Numbered from the stretch's first letter, positions 1 through 9,372 are shown. The stretch is DNA of 64,000 bases from Candidatus Latescibacterota bacterium (GCA_965248265.1 CBDFJF010000002.1:3328001-3392000), one strand, 5' to 3'. Program-made: numbers and translations. Notes: a model not told the origin generated them from the sequence alone.

Positions 1-224
1 TTCTCGACATTCATGATATCAATAGACAGATCATGGAATCGTGTGGTGGTGGTCCCTCAGGCGACGGATCGTCTGGCGACGACGAAGAAAGGCCTTCGGC
101 GTCAACGGAGGTGGAATTGATCAACGAGATATTGAAAGTGGACGCCGTTGCACGCCAGCAAGCCCACACGGCGGTTGCCGGACGTGTTGGTGGCGCGGAT
201 GAGCTGGTGAGCGGTGTTGGCTGA
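1..224 (+). CDS. dxr: 3' fragment of probable 1-deoxy-D-xylulose-5-phosphate reductoisomerase (runs off the left edge)
   Basis: Frame is open from the edge: LDIHDINRQIMES...INEILKVDAVARQQA resembles the DXR C-terminal helices (FLDI..IN..V....L.E+L..D..AR), with a G/S/D-rich insertion. Confidence 0.6.
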   Translation, partial: LDIHDINRQIMESCGGGPSGDGSSGDDEERPSASTEVELINEILKVDAVARQQAHTAVAGRVGGADELVSGVG

Positions 225-288
225 GGGGAGGCGTGCGTTGTGAGGGTGGTTGAGTTGAGTAGGTTATCATAGGGCTAAGGACTAAACG

Positions 289-564
289 ATGTCACGGCAA
301 GGGTCAAGCACACAGGAGACACCTACGGGTGGAAACCGGTGGCCGAGCGAACAGTTTTTCCTCAAGCTGCAGCAAATCTTGACTGCGCTCATTCTGGTTT
401 CGTTCGTCCTGATCGTGGTCATGACCACGGCCTCGACAGGACCGTTCGTCATCGTTGCCGGAAAATTGCTGTTCCTGTTGATATTGCTGTCCGCCGCGAC
501 CTGGTTGGCAACATGGATCATTAAAGTATGGCAGGAAAAGCGAGGATCTGCATGGAAACGCTGA
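289..564 (+). CDS. small membrane protein, two predicted TM helices
   Basis: AAGGA RBS upstream; two long hydrophobic stretches; overlaps the start of the next gene. Confidence 0.65.
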   Translation: MSRQGSSTQETPTGGNRWPSEQFFLKLQQILTALILVSFVLIVVMTTASTGPFVIVAGKLLFLLILLSAATWLATWIIKVWQEKRGSAWKR

Positions 565-992
565 CGGCGAGAGGATCTTTCCACGCCGCCCATAGACAAC
601 TCGGTTATGACGGTCGCTGCGTTCACGTCCATGGCCACACCTGGCGGGGAACGTTTCTGGTGCGGGCCCAGCGCTTCCCGCGCCTTGAGCGGCTGGATAT
701 GTCGGTCGATTTCGGTGCGTTGAAGGACATCTTCAAGTTCCTCGACCACAAGATGTTGATCTCCGATCAGGACGTGACCTTTCTGGACAGTCAGATCTTT
801 GATCCCGAAGGAGTCGTCGTGATGCCGGGTAAGAATCCGAGTGTCGAGAACGTGGCGTTGTACTGTATGAATGAGGCAGTGGATGTGCTCGCGAAGTTGT
901 TCCCTGGAGAGGGCGTTGATTACCAGATCGAGGTCACGATCCAGGAGACCGACAATAACGTTTTCACCCTCGAACAGACGGTGACTGTGTAG
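552..992 (+). CDS. queD: 6-carboxytetrahydropterin / 6-pyruvoyl-tetrahydropterin synthase family protein
   Basis: FHAAH, CxxxHGH, DFGxLK, LDH, NPSVEN and ET motifs; ATG 552 preceded by GAGGA. Confidence 0.85.
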   Translation: METLTARGSFHAAHRQLGYDGRCVHVHGHTWRGTFLVRAQRFPRLERLDMSVDFGALKDIFKFLDHKMLISDQDVTFLDSQIFDPEGVVVMPGKNPSVENVALYCMNEAVDVLAKLFPGEGVDYQIEVTIQETDNNVFTLEQTVTV

Positions 993-1005
993 GTCAGGTG
1001 GCGCC

Positions 1006-1272
1006 ATGCCCAAGGAAGGTCTGCTCACAGCGAATGACGTAGCCGGTTACCTGAGGTGCTCCGTGTCCACGGTCCGCCGGCTGGTGGTACGGACGGAAAT
1101 CCCTCATTTCCGTGTCAGCAAGTTGGTCCGTTTTCGGCGAAGCGATATCGATGCCTGGTTACTGAAACACCGCGAGGGCGGACTGGCTGCGGAGAGTCTC
1201 AAACTACCCGAAGACCACCCCGATCAGCTGCCGCTGTTCGGGCGCGAGATTGCCCGGGACTGGGACCTGTGA
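1006..1272 (+). CDS. helix-turn-helix DNA-binding protein (excisionase-like, HTH_17)
   Basis: LLTANDVAGYLRCSVSTVRRLV...IPHFRV..LVRFRRSDIDAWL pattern. Confidence 0.85.
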   Translation: MPKEGLLTANDVAGYLRCSVSTVRRLVVRTEIPHFRVSKLVRFRRSDIDAWLLKHREGGLAAESLKLPEDHPDQLPLFGREIARDWDL

Positions 1273-2825
1273 GACCGATAGCGGCGGTCACGGCACTCGG
1301 CTGGGCTCTGGTGCTGTCCGCGTGTGGTTTGCCCGGCCGGGATAATCCCGCTGATCCCGGTGCTCCCGGCGAGGACGAAGATCCCGGCATCGAGTTCATT
1401 GCCACGATCCCGGAAGGCGTTGGGTTCACGGGAGATCGTTTCGCCGAAATACGGTACATTGTCACGGCCGCTGATATTCCGGATGGCCTGTCGGGGCCGA
1501 TGAATCTCGTCGGCGATCGTGCATCAGCGTTGGTGCGTGGCATACCGATCGGAACGAACAGGGTCATCGTCGTCGACGCCTTCGATCCCAATGAAATCCG
1601 CACATTTTCAGCCTCCGATACGATATCGGTAACGGCCAACTCTCCTCAAAGTGTCTCGCTCGTCTTTCAACGGCTCACGGGGACCATCGAAATTTCATCG
1701 GACCTGCCCCCGGAAATCACCCAGTTCGAAGTGAACGTAGTCGCTGATGGCGACACCGTCAGCTTCTCCTACGAAGTCTCCGGTGCAGTTCAGGAGCGGA
1801 TATCGGACATTCCCACTGGCACTGGAGTTTTAGTGGGAATGAGTGGCATTGATTCCGAGCAACAGGTGTTGCTACAGTCTACGGAACTGGCCAACGTTCA
1901 GAGTAATTTTGTCACCCACATCAGCGTCAACGCCGTCATCGGGGTTCTTCAGATTCGAGCGAATTTCCCTGGCTACATCCCCGTCGTCCCGATCGATCGT
2001 TTCAGTGATCTGGCCGGAACGTTCTTCAAACGCTCTGAACGGCTCCAGTTGCCGGCGGCCGACGAGCCGATCGACTTCGACGAAGACTTTCTGATGCGCA
2101 GCTTGGGGCCCAACGGTGAGGTCGTTGAGCAGTATCATTTTGATGCCAGGCCGAGCGCGCCGGCGCTCGTGTTCATGGCGGTTGATTTTCGCGGTGACCC
2201 CATCGTCGGCCAGCTTCCGGTGTTCGATGAAATCCCCGGAGACGAGGCCTACAACGACGTCAGGCGGGTGGTCGAGGTCGAAGTCGAGCGGGACTACAGG
2301 CCGAATGCGGCAACCTCATGGGCCATGATGGATGCTCAATACGAAGACACCACGATGACGGATCGGATCATGCACTGCGTCGTGGTTCCGGATGGATCCG
2401 TGGCCACCAAGCGCTTCGCTGCTGACATCCCGGTGGAGCTTCAGGATGGCTGGTACCGTGAGCAGATCGTCAAGTACCTGTTGTTCGAAAATCCCGAGAG
2501 TTCCCTGACCATCGATTTTGCCGGAAATAGTTTAAGCACTCCGATCATGTACGCGTTTCTGCAGAACGACATGGATGTCAGGGATGGTTTCGCAGTCGAT
2601 GACGATGGCAACACCCACAACGTGGTCACGCTGCTTCCCGGTCAACAGGGCTATTCTCCTCTATGGGCGTTGACCCTGTTCATACTGGATGCGTTCGATC
2701 GCGTTGCCGATGTGCCCAGCGCACAGTCGCAGGCTACCAATGTTGAAAACAGACTGGAACTGGAGGATGGAGCCGTCATCCTCGTCAATGCCCCCATAGT
2801 TGCCGTGCTCCCGAGCGGCTCTTGA
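1269..2825 (+). CDS. putative lipoprotein with repeated beta-rich domains
   Basis: GTG 1269 overlaps the upstream TGA; signal peptide with lipobox LSAC followed by RDNPADP; two internal repeats (VRGIPIGT / ISDIPTGT) and a C-terminal two-repeat region (AYNDVRRV / GYSPLW). Confidence 0.75.
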   Translation: MRPIAAVTALGWALVLSACGLPGRDNPADPGAPGEDEDPGIEFIATIPEGVGFTGDRFAEIRYIVTAADIPDGLSGPMNLVGDRASALVRGIPIGTNRVIVVDAFDPNEIRTFSASDTISVTANSPQSVSLVFQRLTGTIEISSDLPPEITQFEVNVVADGDTVSFSYEVSGAVQERISDIPTGTGVLVGMSGIDSEQQVLLQSTELANVQSNFVTHISVNAVIGVLQIRANFPGYIPVVPIDRFSDLAGTFFKRSERLQLPAADEPIDFDEDFLMRSLGPNGEVVEQYHFDARPSAPALVFMAVDFRGDPIVGQLPVFDEIPGDEAYNDVRRVVEVEVERDYRPNAATSWAMMDAQYEDTTMTDRIMHCVVVPDGSVATKRFAADIPVELQDGWYREQIVKYLLFENPESSLTIDFAGNSLSTPIMYAFLQNDMDVRDGFAVDDDGNTHNVVTLLPGQQGYSPLWALTLFILDAFDRVADVPSAQSQATNVENRLELEDGAVILVNAPIVAVLPSGS

Positions 2826-2832
2826 TGGACCC

Positions 2833-3000
2833 CTAGTGCCCTGTCACGGAAGTATCCTTGTATTCGGTCGCCGATTCATCCCGACCTGCTGCGTTGCGCT
2901 CAATCGGCATATCCCACCGATATGCCTCATCGCGCGCCTTGCAGGCCGGGGCGACTCGGCGCCCTCATTTCACAAGCCTACTTCCGTGACAGGGCACTAG
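2833..3000. mobile_element. 168-bp MITE-like palindromic element
   Basis: Perfect 22-bp terminal inverted repeat CTAGTGCCCTGTCACGGAAGTA / TACTTCCGTGACAGGGCACTAG; interior is self-complementary around GGCATATC-ccacc-GATATGCC; intergenic. Confidence 0.85.
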
Positions 3001-3010
3001 ACAAGCTGCG

Positions 3011-5317
3011 ATGAGCGCTCGGGGAGGCGAGATTTCTCGAGTTGCCGTTCTCGGTGCCGGTGTCATGGGCACACAGATTGCCGCCTTGCTGGCCAACGCC
3101 GGTTTCGATGTAGACTTGCTCGACCTTCCCGCGGACGGCGATCCAGCTGGGCGTGCTCGATCAGCTCTTGCTCGCGCCGGCAACGAACGTCCGCCCATTT
3201 TCTTCACTCCTGATATCGGCCTCCGCATCCGCCCTGGAAGTATAGAGGATCTGTCCTGTCTGGCTGAGGCCGACTGGGTGATCGAAGCCGTCGTAGAGGA
3301 TCTCTCACTGAAGGGGTCTGTCCTGTCCCGCATCTCGGAGGTAATCTCCGAGACCTGCGTAATCAGTTCGAACACCTCTGGTCTTTCGATCGGTCGTCTG
3401 TGCGAAGTCCTGCCCGCGCAGCCGCGGGCTCGGTTTCTCGGCATTCATTTCTTCAATCCAGTAAGACAGATGAGGCTGGTCGAAGTGATTCCGAGTGCTC
3501 ACACGGATTCGGCGATTGTTGCACGGATGACGGCCTTCGTCGAACACAGCCTCGGGAAGAGGGTAGTGGAGTGTCGCGATACGCCCAATTTTATCGCCAA
3601 TCGGCTCGGAGTTTTTGCATTGATGGATGCGTTGCACCGCATGGAGAGTGGCGCTCTCTCAGTGGAGGAAGTCGATGCCGTCACCGGGTCACTGCTCGGT
3701 CGTCCGCGCACCGCGACCCTGCGCCTCTGTGACCTCATCGGCCTGGACACCTTGGTGAAGGTCGCCGGAACGGCCTTCGTCAATTTGGGTGGTGAGCGCC
3801 AACGCGATGTCTTTAAGCCTCCTGCCTTCGTCGAGCGCATGCTGGAGGCAGGTCTGTTGGGTGTGAAGGCGGCAGGAGGCTTTTACCGCAAGGTGGAGGG
3901 GAGTGGAATTGAAGTGCTGGATCTGGGTAGTCTCCAGTACCGGTCCTCAACAACACCGGAATTGGGAGCGTTGGCCGCCGCCACCGCGACCCGCGATCCG
4001 AGGATGCGCCTACAGAGCGCCTACAACTGTGAGGGGGGAGACAGACTCGCTCGTTTTGCCCGTGACCACCTCAACGCAGTACTGGTTTATGCCTGTGAGC
4101 ATGCCGCTTCCATGGCCAGCGAACTCACCCATGTGGATCTGGCCATGCAGTACGGGTTCAACTGGGAACTGGGTCCATTCGAAATGATCGATGCTATCGG
4201 TTCGTCGACATGGACCGGTGGACTAGTGCAGAAGGGCATGGATGTGCCTCCCTTGATGGCGCAGATAAACCAGGCTGGCGGTTTCATCTACTCGACAGAA
4301 AGCTCGGGATCGGGGCGGAGGGCGTTCTCGATGATGCGCCACGCACATGAGCCAATGCCGTCTTCAGACAACGACGAAGAACTCCTGGAGACAGCACCGG
4401 TGCGCTGGGAGAACGAAGGTGCACGGGTGCTGGAACGCGATGGCATAGGGATAGTCGTATTCAGAGGCAAGATGAACGTCATCGGTGTGGCTGCGCAAGA
4501 GATGATTCACCGAGCACTGGATGCCGATTTTCGGGCGCTCGTGCTTGGTGGGGCAGGGGGGAATTTTTCCGCTGGTGCTGATCTCGCTCACATGATGGCG
4601 TTGATAGAAGATGGTGATTGGCCAGGGTTGATCGGCTATCTCGATCGATTTCAACGGGCTGTCATGGGGCTGCGCTACGTTCCTATCCCCGTTGTTGCCG
4701 CCCCGTTCGGTCTGGCTTTGGGGGGAGGCTGCGAGTTCTGTTTAGCGGTGGATCGGTGTGTGCCCGCCGCGGAGTTGAGCATGGGTTTGGTGGAAACGCG
4801 TGTGGGTCTCATTCCCGGAGCGGGAGGTTGTATGGAAGTGGCGCGTCGTTTCGGCAGTGAACGTGCCATCGGCGATGCCTTCGAATTGGTCTTTGCCGGG
4901 GATTTCTCCGACAACGCTCTGCAGGCGCGCGCATGGGGGCTGCTCGAACCCGGCGAGAGCATTGAGATGAATGGCGAGCGTGTGTTGAGGTCGGCGATTA
5001 CCGTTGCCAATGAAATGGTGCAGGCCGGATATCATCCGCCCGAATCGATCCCTTTTCGTGTGGCCGGAGACACGGCGCTCGATGCTTTGCAGGCGAGTTT
5101 GGCTGAGCGCTGCGCGGCGGGGAAGATATCGGAGCACGATCAACACATCGGCCGCCTCCTGGCCGGGGTGTTGTGCGGAGGAGGGGGGCGGGAGACATCC
5201 ACCGAACAGGAATTGCTCGAATTGGAACGCGAGGCCTTTCTTGATCTATGTCACACGCCGGCGACGCTGGAGCGTATGGCCCACATGTTGAAGTCGGGAA
5301 AGCCGTTGAAGAACTGA
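3011..5317 (+). CDS. 3-hydroxyacyl-CoA dehydrogenase / enoyl-CoA hydratase fusion (FadN-like)
   Basis: GAGVMG Rossmann motif, SSNTSG, HFFNP, DTPNFIANR; crotonase domain FSAGADL, ALGGGCE, GLIPGAGG; ends GKPLKN. Confidence 0.92.
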   Translation: MSARGGEISRVAVLGAGVMGTQIAALLANAGFDVDLLDLPADGDPAGRARSALARAGNERPPIFFTPDIGLRIRPGSIEDLSCLAEADWVIEAVVEDLSLKGSVLSRISEVISETCVISSNTSGLSIGRLCEVLPAQPRARFLGIHFFNPVRQMRLVEVIPSAHTDSAIVARMTAFVEHSLGKRVVECRDTPNFIANRLGVFALMDALHRMESGALSVEEVDAVTGSLLGRPRTATLRLCDLIGLDTLVKVAGTAFVNLGGERQRDVFKPPAFVERMLEAGLLGVKAAGGFYRKVEGSGIEVLDLGSLQYRSSTTPELGALAAATATRDPRMRLQSAYNCEGGDRLARFARDHLNAVLVYACEHAASMASELTHVDLAMQYGFNWELGPFEMIDAIGSSTWTGGLVQKGMDVPPLMAQINQAGGFIYSTESSGSGRRAFSMMRHAHEPMPSSDNDEELLETAPVRWENEGARVLERDGIGIVVFRGKMNVIGVAAQEMIHRALDADFRALVLGGAGGNFSAGADLAHMMALIEDGDWPGLIGYLDRFQRAVMGLRYVPIPVVAAPFGLALGGGCEFCLAVDRCVPAAELSMGLVETRVGLIPGAGGCMEVARRFGSERAIGDAFELVFAGDFSDNALQARAWGLLEPGESIEMNGERVLRSAITVANEMVQAGYHPPESIPFRVAGDTALDALQASLAERCAAGKISEHDQHIGRLLAGVLCGGGGRETSTEQELLELEREAFLDLCHTPATLERMAHMLKSGKPLKN

Positions 5318-5355
5318 CCGCGGATACGCATTAACCACGGAAGGGTGATGAGCAT

Positions 5356-6819
5356 ATGGGATTGCGAACGGCTGATCAGTATCGCAGCAGCTTGAGGGAT
5401 GGCAGGCAGGTGTATTGTGAGGGGGAACTGGTGGAGGATGTCACCGTGCACCCTGACATCGGGATCGCCGTTGACCACGCTGCTCTCGATTTCGAGCTGG
5501 CAGAGCATCCCGAGCACCGAGAACTGTTCACGTGGAGGCAGGATCCCGACGGAGAGCTTTGCAGTCGTTATTTCAAGAAGCCGCAGGACGCACAGGATCT
5601 GCTGAATCGCCGCGAGATGATCGAGCGCTCCACGCGGCTGGGAGGCAGCGTTGTCCTGCTGATCAAGGAGATTGGCTCGGACGCGCTTTTCGCACTGCAC
5701 CAGGTGAGCCACCAGGTCGACGAAAAGGTGGGAACCGAGTACAACGCACGTGTCAACGCCTATCTGGACAGGTGTCGTAAGGAAGACCTGAGCCTGGCCG
5801 TGGCGCAGACCGACGTCAAGGGTGATCGCAGTCTGTTACCATCGCAACAGGAACACCCCGATTACTACGTGCATATAGTTGAGGAGCGGGCGGACGGGAT
5901 TGTCGTACGGGGTGCCAAGGCGCACACGACATGCACTCCGTATGTCGACGACATCATCGTACTGCCGACACGGGCGATCGGTGAGGAGGACAGCGCCTAC
6001 GCCGTTGCCTTTTCTATTCCCGTCAACGCCGATGGAGTGAAGCTGATCGCCAGTCCCTTTGGGTCTCCGGATCCCAGCACGTTCCACCACCCTGTGAGCG
6101 CGCGCCACCGGCTCGTCGACACGCTCACGGTATTCGATGATGTATTCGTTCCGAACGAGCGTGTATTTCTCAAGGGTGAGTGGCAGGCGGCCGGGGCCGT
6201 CGCCAATACCTTCGTCGAGTTTCATCGGTTTACCGCCATCTCCTACAAACCGCCCTTGTGTGATCTGTTCATCGGGGCGGCCGCGTTGCTGGCCGAGTAC
6301 AACGGTATCGAGCGGGCAAGCCACGTGCGCGAGAAGCTAACCAAGCTGATCGTCTACGCGGAGACCGTGCGAGGGTTGAGCAGGGCCGCGGCCTACGAAT
6401 GCCGGCTCTCGGAGCAAGGCGTGGCGGTTCCAGACATCGTCACCACCAACCTGGCCAAGTATTTTTTCGCCAGCAACTACCATCAGGCGGTCAGCTGGGT
6501 GCAGGATATTGCCGGAGGTCTCGTCGTCACGGGGCCGTCAGAGAAGGATCTGGACAATCCGGAGACACGCCCCTATATCGAACGCTTTCTAGGTGGCAAA
6601 AGCGGGGTCAGTACGGAAGACCGCCTGCGCGCCTTTAATCTTGTGCGCGATCTGACCGCCTCAGACTTCGGGGGCTACAACGAGTTTCTCGCCATCCATG
6701 CGGAAGGCTCGCTGGAGGCGCAAAAAATCACGATCCATCGAGACTACGATATTGATCGCTGCAAGCAGCTGGCGATCGATGTTATCGAGGATGCGAAGGG
6801 TAAGAATGGCAAAGAGTAG
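5356..6819 (+). CDS. 4-hydroxyphenylacetate 3-hydroxylase / 4-hydroxybutyryl-CoA dehydratase family flavoprotein
   Basis: YRSSLRDGRQVY, AQTDVKGDRS, GIVVRGAKAH, VFDDVFVP.ERVFL and DIAGG motifs. Confidence 0.88.
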   Translation: MGLRTADQYRSSLRDGRQVYCEGELVEDVTVHPDIGIAVDHAALDFELAEHPEHRELFTWRQDPDGELCSRYFKKPQDAQDLLNRREMIERSTRLGGSVVLLIKEIGSDALFALHQVSHQVDEKVGTEYNARVNAYLDRCRKEDLSLAVAQTDVKGDRSLLPSQQEHPDYYVHIVEERADGIVVRGAKAHTTCTPYVDDIIVLPTRAIGEEDSAYAVAFSIPVNADGVKLIASPFGSPDPSTFHHPVSARHRLVDTLTVFDDVFVPNERVFLKGEWQAAGAVANTFVEFHRFTAISYKPPLCDLFIGAAALLAEYNGIERASHVREKLTKLIVYAETVRGLSRAAAYECRLSEQGVAVPDIVTTNLAKYFFASNYHQAVSWVQDIAGGLVVTGPSEKDLDNPETRPYIERFLGGKSGVSTEDRLRAFNLVRDLTASDFGGYNEFLAIHAEGSLEAQKITIHRDYDIDRCKQLAIDVIEDAKGKNGKE

Positions 6820-6831
6820 TCGGGGTTATCG

Positions 6832-7599
6832 TTACATACTGGTCCAACCGCCATCGACGAAGAGGGTGTGGCCGGTGACATAGCTGGCCGCCTCGGATGC
6901 CAGAAACACAACAGCCCAGGCCACCTCTTCGGGTTGGCCCCACCGACCCATGGGAGTGCGGTCGACGACGCTCTGGCGCAGGCGGGGACGCTCGTTGACG
7001 GCCGCCGTCATTTCCGTCTCGATGTATGCCGGCGCCACCGCGTTGACGCGCACGCCGGAGCGGGCCCATTCGACCGCCATACTCCTGGTCATGGCGGCGA
7101 GCGCGGCCTTACTGGCAGAGTAGGGTGCCAGCCGCGGCAATGCACGGACGGCCGCAATCGATGAGACGTTGACGACGGAGCCACTGCCTTGCTCGAGCAT
7201 GGTCGATCCTACCGTGCGAATGATTCCAAAGGTGGCATTGACGTTGACGTCCAGAATCTGGGCCCATTCTTCGGGCTCTACCTTCTCGATGCCTTTGACG
7301 ATCGGACTTATGGCCGCATTGTTGACGAGGATATCGATCTTGCCGTTATCCTCCAGCAGCTGTTCGTTCAGGGCGCGGACAGCGCTGGGATTTGAGATGT
7401 CGCAGAGAATGGACGTTGCCTTCCCACCTTGCCCACGTATAGAATCGACGGTTTCATCCAATTGCGCGCTGGTGCGGCTGGTGACGACGACTTCAGCTCC
7501 AGACTCGGCCATCGCCACGGCACTGGCGCGGCCGATTCCACGGCCACCCCCGGTCACGAGGGCTCTCTTGCCAGCCAAGCTGAAGGGAGTGAGGTCCAT
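6832..7599 (-). CDS. short-chain dehydrogenase/reductase (classical SDR)
   Basis: TGGGRGIG, NNAA, YSASK catalytic motif, VDGG C-terminus. Confidence 0.93.
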   Translation of the reverse strand: MDLTPFSLAGKRALVTGGGRGIGRASAVAMAESGAEVVVTSRTSAQLDETVDSIRGQGGKATSILCDISNPSAVRALNEQLLEDNGKIDILVNNAAISPIVKGIEKVEPEEWAQILDVNVNATFGIIRTVGSTMLEQGSGSVVNVSSIAAVRALPRLAPYSASKAALAAMTRSMAVEWARSGVRVNAVAPAYIETEMTAAVNERPRLRQSVVDRTPMGRWGQPEEVAWAVVFLASEAASYVTGHTLFVDGGWTSM

Positions 7600-7657
7600 C
7601 TTTATCCTCGGTGCGTCGGTGAGTCAGGTTTTCTTGAGGCGGACTTGAACATAAACA

Positions 7658-9346
7658 ATGGTTGATTCGCTCACGAGGATGTGGGTCCTGATCGGATCTC
7701 ACTTGAATACCCGGGCGCAGGCCCAGCTGGTGGGAATACTACCCAACGAACTCTCGGCTGCGGTGCGGGGCCAGTTGCGCCGGGGGATGAACGATGATGT
7801 TCTGGCAGAATGGGGCGAGCTGTCACCAGCTGAAAGGCGCGTCCTCTCCGGGTTTCGGGCACATCGATCAGATGAGACTGATCACGACGAGCAAGAGGAA
7901 ACATCAGAAGAGGCACAGGACCCTGCAGAGACCGACGACGATATCGAACATTCGCCACTGTGCGCGGCGCTACTCAGTTTGGCCCTCCTGGACGCACCCC
8001 GGCCGGTGGATGCCGCTTCCCTTCTTGTTGAGTTGCCATTGAGGTTTCAGGGCCAGATCATCAATCTCATCGTTACCAGCTCCGTTTTCAGCGCGACCTG
8101 GGGACTCGAGCGCGACGAGCGGGACCTTGTCGAGGGCATGCGCGAGATCATGACGTCGGCTGACAGTTGGGGAGTGCTTCCCTCCTGTGAGATTCTCAGG
8201 GCCATCGACACGACGCGACGGCTGCGGCGCGCCATCAGTTCCACTGCCGCGATCGACGAAGATGCGGTGACGATTCTTCAGAATCATCTCTTCGTCTTCG
8301 CTGATGTTATCCGTTTGACGGACAGAGAGCTTCAGGCCCTCTTGAACCGGGTCGCCAATCAGCCGCTCGCCAGAGCCTTGAGTGACGCACCGGATGCGGT
8401 GCGCGATCGACTGCTCACAAACATGTCCCCAAGACGTTCCAGGCTGGTCGCGGAAGAGGGTGAGTTCATGGGGGAACTCGAAGTCGAAGATATACGAGCG
8501 GATCAGCGGGACATCCTGGAGACGCTGCGTGAGCTGTACGAGAGCGGTGACATCTCCACGTATTTCGGCTCCGTCAGGGGCAGGGGGGAGAGCACCGAGC
8601 CCGAAGACGACGTGGAAGGTGATTCAGGGTTGGAGCTTTTAGAGGAAGAGGAGCCAGAGCCGGAACTCGGGGCTCGACCAGCCACGGCCAAAGAGCACGA
8701 GCAAGCCTCCCCGCGCACCGGTCGCTCCCGCCTGGTTCCCATACTTGTCGCCAGCATCGCCGGAACCGGACTGATGACCTTGCTCATCCTTGTGGTCTCT
8801 CAGTTCGGAGATGACGATGAGAGTCGGAGAGAGTCTGAAGCTCGCGGAAACCGCGCCTCCGGAGCGGGCAGCAAATTGGATGGACAGGTACTGGTGCAAA
8901 GAGAAATCAGTGACACGCAGTCCGCGCAACCCGCTGCCGATGAGGCGCATGGACAAGCCGATCCAGGAGGCGAAATCAGCGCGGTCATTGAGTTCCCCGG
9001 GAAAAGCGGTCAGACAACAGCCGAGGTGCGGGTGGATGAGGGTAGTGAACTGGAAGACCAGGAGGCTGCCATGGACAGCGTCAATACGGAATCCCGCGGC
9101 GACCTGTACTTGCGGATGGGGCGGGTTTCTTGTGCCGTCGTCAGCGAGACAGACACTTTTGTGGTGCGATCACCGCTGGTCGCAGTACGGGGTGCGCCCG
9201 GGGCCGTCTTTGCCGTGCAGGTGGTTCTGGACGCTTCAACGACCGTGTTCGTCGAGCGCGGCCAGGTCGAGGTGAAATCGGAGCGCCAGTGGAGCGACGA
9301 TCCCGTGGTTCTGAGGGCGGGACAGCGTCAGCGATTCGAACCCTGA
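7658..9346 (+). CDS. FliG-like protein fused to a TM helix and a FecR-like C-terminal domain
   Basis: FliG-like segments EHSPLCAALLS, LFVFADV and NMSPRRSRLVAEE...QRDIL..LREL.ESG; TM LVPILVASIAGTGLMTLLILVV; FecR-like tail AVRG...F.V...TTVFVERGQVEV...LRAGQ. Confidence 0.75.
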   Translation: MVDSLTRMWVLIGSHLNTRAQAQLVGILPNELSAAVRGQLRRGMNDDVLAEWGELSPAERRVLSGFRAHRSDETDHDEQEETSEEAQDPAETDDDIEHSPLCAALLSLALLDAPRPVDAASLLVELPLRFQGQIINLIVTSSVFSATWGLERDERDLVEGMREIMTSADSWGVLPSCEILRAIDTTRRLRRAISSTAAIDEDAVTILQNHLFVFADVIRLTDRELQALLNRVANQPLARALSDAPDAVRDRLLTNMSPRRSRLVAEEGEFMGELEVEDIRADQRDILETLRELYESGDISTYFGSVRGRGESTEPEDDVEGDSGLELLEEEEPEPELGARPATAKEHEQASPRTGRSRLVPILVASIAGTGLMTLLILVVSQFGDDDESRRESEARGNRASGAGSKLDGQVLVQREISDTQSAQPAADEAHGQADPGGEISAVIEFPGKSGQTTAEVRVDEGSELEDQEAAMDSVNTESRGDLYLRMGRVSCAVVSETDTFVVRSPLVAVRGAPGAVFAVQVVLDASTTVFVERGQVEVKSERQWSDDPVVLRAGQRQRFEP

Positions 9347-9372
9347 ATCGGCCGCCGAGCCTGAAATCGTCC

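Noticed and set aside
1006-1272. Excisionase of an integrated element
   Set aside because: No integrase, att repeat or phage genes nearby; the gene is coupled to chromosomal neighbours.
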